Made by a program: the position numbers and the translations under genes. From an uncultured bacterium (GTDB lineage Bacteria > Hinthialibacterota > Hinthialibacteria > Hinthialibacterales > Hinthialibacteraceae), in contig CAZKYC010000013.1 of NCBI GenBank assembly GCA_964556895.1, forward strand, positions 49 to 64,048: a stretch of DNA of 64,000 bases, given 5' to 3'. Shown here one piece after another: positions 61,201 to 64,000 of the stretch (positions are counted from its first letter, which is position 1; the number at the start of each line of letters is the position of its first letter). The notes under the pieces were generated by a model. The model did not search any database. It had not been told where the DNA came from and saw nothing but the letters and a program-made list of their open reading frames with translations.

Positions 61201-61424
61201 CGTATATTGGGCTTGACCCAGCGGGCAACATTTTTGTGACCGATTCAACGGCCAACATGATTCATGCCTTTCTCAAGACACGAAACGAAGTTGTCTTGAT
61301 AGGTGGAACCGGCTCGAACCCTGGTAACCTGAATCGGCCTAAAGATGTTTTGATTGACTCCAGATACCAGGTATATATTGCTGATTCAAAGAACAACCGG
61401 GTAATAAGAGGCATAGTCCGTTAG
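58242..61424 (+). CDS. TIGR03663/PMT-like GT-C membrane protein fused to a C-terminal NHL beta-propeller
   Basis: HHDESIH, YDPTYHGP, SRFARND, KEN, EKVPWL and many TMs, then NHL repeats (F.EPRGIA, FPRGLAVD, LNRPKDV). Confidence 0.85.
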   Translation: MPEHQTERVSPVSTRVAWIVAAIALFGAFLRLYQLDYMAFHHDESIHAYYAHQIYQGVMTAYKYDPTYHGPFLYHYGALFFMLFGDSDFAARLPFVSFGILMMYFVWRLRPWIGTYGALFSMTLVALSPTMSYFSRFARNDIYIATAALGVLLFALEYFRDRKHSQLVWMTFWLALMYCIKENSYMTGFILGSFVTVYGAYLIISAGGLMRSDALKAVFVDRAPFVKLTAFYAIFSCGAFSLVYYVTRGFADGAYPKNPNSSLALSHMYNLRTAWSEYISEHAWVQPFWLFLFGGVTVMVIIALAWVRSRLETADPSEPWLSRIAKHNVGVLTAILVALTTYAFLFTTMGYNPGGMKAGVIDYLLYWMGQQDNPRIAGAPTYFLPRLFIYEIAAVLVGGVAYLVYTLRAFGLAGCISFQFVIAAAIYTYSRVILYPGSSLVTTLLVAAILLILSGLALVGAFFFNPFRQGNENDAHEPAFALDGVRSLFIYWTLTSVLIYAMLHEKVPWLLTHQAFPLLILAGIFLGDVFVRLKPGVARNAFLVVVVVVCAFQARTSILLNFYNPDSPRELMVYTQSDQSVKRLVDEMERAAYQLGPDYRPVNSKARPKKPIAVIHDDPASWPYSWYLRNYNFITISSQQLPPSNAEGVPFAILNPGIQERMAPWTKGKYIKQQMPHRVWWPIGQSELPFEYYQNRNRPIGEAFGALWRYMLRREMWNENDPLLKPGSSDVVVYRRHPFKDPETPPDLPKGYDQQPRPLEITAQVGGFGTGPGQFNEPRGIALSPDEKTLYVLDAHNARVQVFDCENDLRYVTSFGELGTGDGQLSVRGVSQYDHGPSGGIDVGPDGTIYITDTWRYVQNQNEQIFGRIVRLTKDGEPLPSLVPPDGPFFFPRGLAVDKRGVLYVADTGANRIVRFAPDGTYLGVFLQNIVREPVGVIIDKKDDTVYVCDVAGKRVVAVNPSGQFVKDWTVYGWAPNSEVAMQWIEPYIGLDPAGNIFVTDSTANMIHAFLKTRNEVVLIGGTGSNPGNLNRPKDVLIDSRYQVYIADSKNNRVIRGIVR

Positions 61425-61559
61425 TTTCATGTAACTATAGTTGACTATTTGTTGTATTTTATTCACTATTTTATTTTAGTGGTTTCTAAAAATTTACTTC
61501 TTTTTCTTAAGATAGTTACTACAATGTAGCCATACTTAACATTGTGCGATTCAAATGAT

Positions 61560-62570
61560 ATGACAATTACTTTACAAGAAGCGCCCATAGACTTTTCATC
61601 GCTTAGAGAATCTCAATGTCTCGATAAGCCGAGAACTCTTCTCGCCTTGGGTTTAGATGATTCTGAAGCAGAGTCGCTGCAATACCTCAACGAGCTCGGC
61701 TATATCATTGAAAATGGCCGCAAGCGCAAAAACCTCTACGAACAGATCCTGTCTCAAATTCCTAATGTGTTAATCATTGACATTGACGTGCTCAGCAATG
61801 AAGCGATTGAATTAATTAAACAGCTCAAAGAAAACCCACTGACCTACACCATGCCCATCATCATCGTCTTGGGCAGCCATGACTTGTTGATGGAGATCGC
61901 GGTGTTAGAAGCGGGCGCCGAAGACTATGTCGTCAAACCGTTTTCGCCGAATGTGTTGGCGGCGCGCATCCACACTAGCATGCGCCGCAACATCCGCCTG
62001 CAGGTCTCGAATCCACTGACCGGGTTACCCGGCGCGCTGTATATCGAAGAACAAGTCACCCGGCGCCTTGAAGACGGCGCCCCGACCGCGTTGTGTTACG
62101 CTGATCTAGACAACTTTAAGGCGTTTAATGACCACTATGGCTATTCGCGCGGCGACAATTTGATTCGAATCTTGGCGACCATTCTTCACGAAGCGGTCAG
62201 CATGAACGGAAAACAAGGCGACTTTGTCGCCCACATTGGCGGCGATGATTTTGTCATGGTGGTGAATTACGATAACATCGACGCCGTCTGTAATTACGCC
62301 ATTCGCAGTTTTGACGCGCTGGCGCCGTTTCAGTATGAGGAAGACGACATGAACAATGGCCACATCCTCGCCAAAAACCGCCAGGGCGAAGAGATGCGCC
62401 TGCCGCTGGCATCGGTGTCAATCGGGGTGGTGTCAAACGAAAAGCGCGACATTAAAACCTATCTAGAGATGACCGAACTCGCCGCTGAAATGAAAAAATT
62501 CACCAAGTCAGTCATGAAGGATGACCTAAACCGCAAAAGCATTTACCGCATCGACAAGCGCACACGGTAA
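61560..62570 (+). CDS. Response regulator-like REC + GGDEF diguanylate cyclase
   Basis: GAEDYVVKPF, NPLTGLPG, DLDNFKAFNDHYG..RGD and HIGGDDF. Confidence 0.9.
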   Translation: MTITLQEAPIDFSSLRESQCLDKPRTLLALGLDDSEAESLQYLNELGYIIENGRKRKNLYEQILSQIPNVLIIDIDVLSNEAIELIKQLKENPLTYTMPIIIVLGSHDLLMEIAVLEAGAEDYVVKPFSPNVLAARIHTSMRRNIRLQVSNPLTGLPGALYIEEQVTRRLEDGAPTALCYADLDNFKAFNDHYGYSRGDNLIRILATILHEAVSMNGKQGDFVAHIGGDDFVMVVNYDNIDAVCNYAIRSFDALAPFQYEEDDMNNGHILAKNRQGEEMRLPLASVSIGVVSNEKRDIKTYLEMTELAAEMKKFTKSVMKDDLNRKSIYRIDKRTR

Positions 62571-62662
62571 TCCAGGTTGTCTTCTCCTTTCCCCCGCTAG
62601 TCAACATGCTACACTTCGTGTTTGGCCTACGAGTTTTTTTCACCAACTAAGGGAGACGATTT

Positions 62663-63646
62663 ATGCCAGCCCGCGTCTTTGTCACTCGCCAGATTCCACC
62701 GAATTCACTTGACCGCCTCACTCAGGCGGGAATCGACTATGACATGTACCCCGAAGACCAGGTCATCCCCCGTGAAGTCTTGCTTGAGTCGGTCAAAGAC
62801 CGCGAAGGCGTGTTGTGCATCCTGACAGAAACCATCGACGCCGAAGTGTTTGACCACGCCAATAAAGCCAAAATTTTCGCCAACTATGCGGTCGGGTTTA
62901 ATAACATTGACGTGGAAGAAGCCACCAAACGCGGCATCGCCATCACCAATACGCCCGGCGTATTGACCAACGCGACGGCTGACTTAACTTGGACGCTGAT
63001 TCTGGGCGCCGCGCGCCGCGCCGCCGAGACCGACGTCTATCTTCGCGAAGGCAAGTACACCGGCTGGGGGCCCATGTTGTGGCTAGGCCAAGACGTAACC
63101 GAACGCACCCTGGGCATTATCGGTATGGGACGCATTGGCCAGGCGGTCGCCGAACGCGCCGCCGCGTTTCGCATGAAGGTTCTATATACCGACGCCGCTG
63201 ACAACAAAGAATTCGAATCAAACTATCCGTTCGAAGCCCGCCGCGTCGAGATGGATGAATTGCTGAAAACCAGCGACATCGTCAGCGTCCACGTTCCATT
63301 GATGGACTCAACCCATCACCTCATTAGCGAAGCCGAACTGAAACAGATGCAACCGCATTCGATTTTAATTAACTCTGCGCGCGGGCCAATTGTCGATGAA
63401 GCCGCGCTGGTCAAAGCGCTCAAAGAACAGTGGATCTGGTCAGCCGGGCTTGATGTGTATGAAGACGAGCCGGTGGTGCATCCTGAATTGGTCAAACTGC
63501 CCAACACCTTGCTCTTGCCCCACCTGGGCAGCGCCACCATCGAAACCCGCACCAAAATGGGCAACATCGCCGTCGATAATCTGATCGCCTTTTTTGAGGG
63601 CAAAAAACCGCCTACGCTATTAAATGAAGAGGTTTGGACAAAGTGA
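62663..63646 (+). CDS. D-2-hydroxyacid dehydrogenase (glyoxylate/hydroxypyruvate reductase-like)
   Basis: AVGFNNID, NTPGVLT, GMGRIG, NSARG, LDVYEDEP and PHLGSA motifs. Confidence 0.93.
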   Translation: MPARVFVTRQIPPNSLDRLTQAGIDYDMYPEDQVIPREVLLESVKDREGVLCILTETIDAEVFDHANKAKIFANYAVGFNNIDVEEATKRGIAITNTPGVLTNATADLTWTLILGAARRAAETDVYLREGKYTGWGPMLWLGQDVTERTLGIIGMGRIGQAVAERAAAFRMKVLYTDAADNKEFESNYPFEARRVEMDELLKTSDIVSVHVPLMDSTHHLISEAELKQMQPHSILINSARGPIVDEAALVKALKEQWIWSAGLDVYEDEPVVHPELVKLPNTLLLPHLGSATIETRTKMGNIAVDNLIAFFEGKKPPTLLNEEVWTK

Positions 63647-63699
63647 CTTCCACGATACAATCACTTATATGTCTCAAGTAAAAAGGTTGTTGGTTCACA

Positions 63700-64000
63700 A
63701 TGGATTTATTGCAAAAAGGAAAACGGTATGCTCAGGCGGGGCGCTTCGAAGAAGCGCTCGACGCGTTTCTGTTGGCGCTTGAAAATGATAAAGAAAATCC
63801 TGATTTACATTTTTATCTGGGGCTGAGTTTCAGCTCGCTTGAAGAGTTTGAATACGCCAAACACCATTATGAAACCGCCCTGATGTTAGACCCCAACCAC
63901 CAAAAGACCCAACTGGTGTTTGATAGCGTCAAAGACGTCGATGCAAAAACCCCGCCTGAACGAAAACTGATTCTCAAAGCCATCGCCAAGACGCGAAAAG
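63700..64000 (+). CDS. TPR protein, partial (runs off the window)
   Basis: Translated by hand: MDLLQKGKRYAQAGRFEEALDAFLLALENDKENPDLHFYLGLSFSSLEEFEYAKHHYETALMLDPNH...; no stop before the window end. Confidence 0.8.
   Translation, partial: MDLLQKGKRYAQAGRFEEALDAFLLALENDKENPDLHFYLGLSFSSLEEFEYAKHHYETALMLDPNHQKTQLVFDSVKDVDAKTPPERKLILKAIAKTRK

Noticed and set aside
61560-62570. Hypr-type (cGAMP-making) GGDEF
   Set aside because: It retains the guanine-binding Asp (GYSRGD) rather than Ser, consistent with an ordinary diguanylate cyclase.

Overview
This is a 64 kb bacterial chromosomal window, mostly GC-rich coding sequence with AT-rich spacers. It carries housekeeping and accessory genes: queE-queC, miaB, purN, a MarR-controlled RND efflux operon, gdhA, era, xerD, rfbA, a CCA/HD nucleotidyltransferase, cobA-hemD, pcm, acs, hemW, tandem lepB, coaX, a speD-speE fusion, a TIGR03663-like glycosyltransferase-NHL fusion, a REC-GGDEF protein and two stand-alone prepilin-like genes. 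The pilin style suggests an uncultured lineage such as OLB16/Hinthialibacterota or Sumerlaeota (weak inference). I found no rRNA, tRNA, CRISPR array, prophage or intact transposase. Most notable: (1) a roughly 500-nt, densely structured non-coding region (52625-53136) with long-range helices, two candidate pseudoknots and a G-U bias favouring the minus strand. It lies downstream of a near-consensus sigma54 promoter and upstream of a small single-pass membrane protein, so it is a candidate undescribed large ncRNA or leader system. (2) A tandem class III nucleotide cyclase whose two domains split the catalytic residues like a C1/C2 pseudo-heterodimer, with non-canonical base-specificity residues. 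(3) A ~76-nt hairpin repeat (6 copies) carried by two different MITE-like shells: one is ISL3-like with an 8-bp target duplication, and one copy is an apparent chimera. (4) Decayed toxin-antitoxin loci and a GAFTGA-less NifA-like activator. All calls come from reading the sequence by eye; no searches or folding programs were run.
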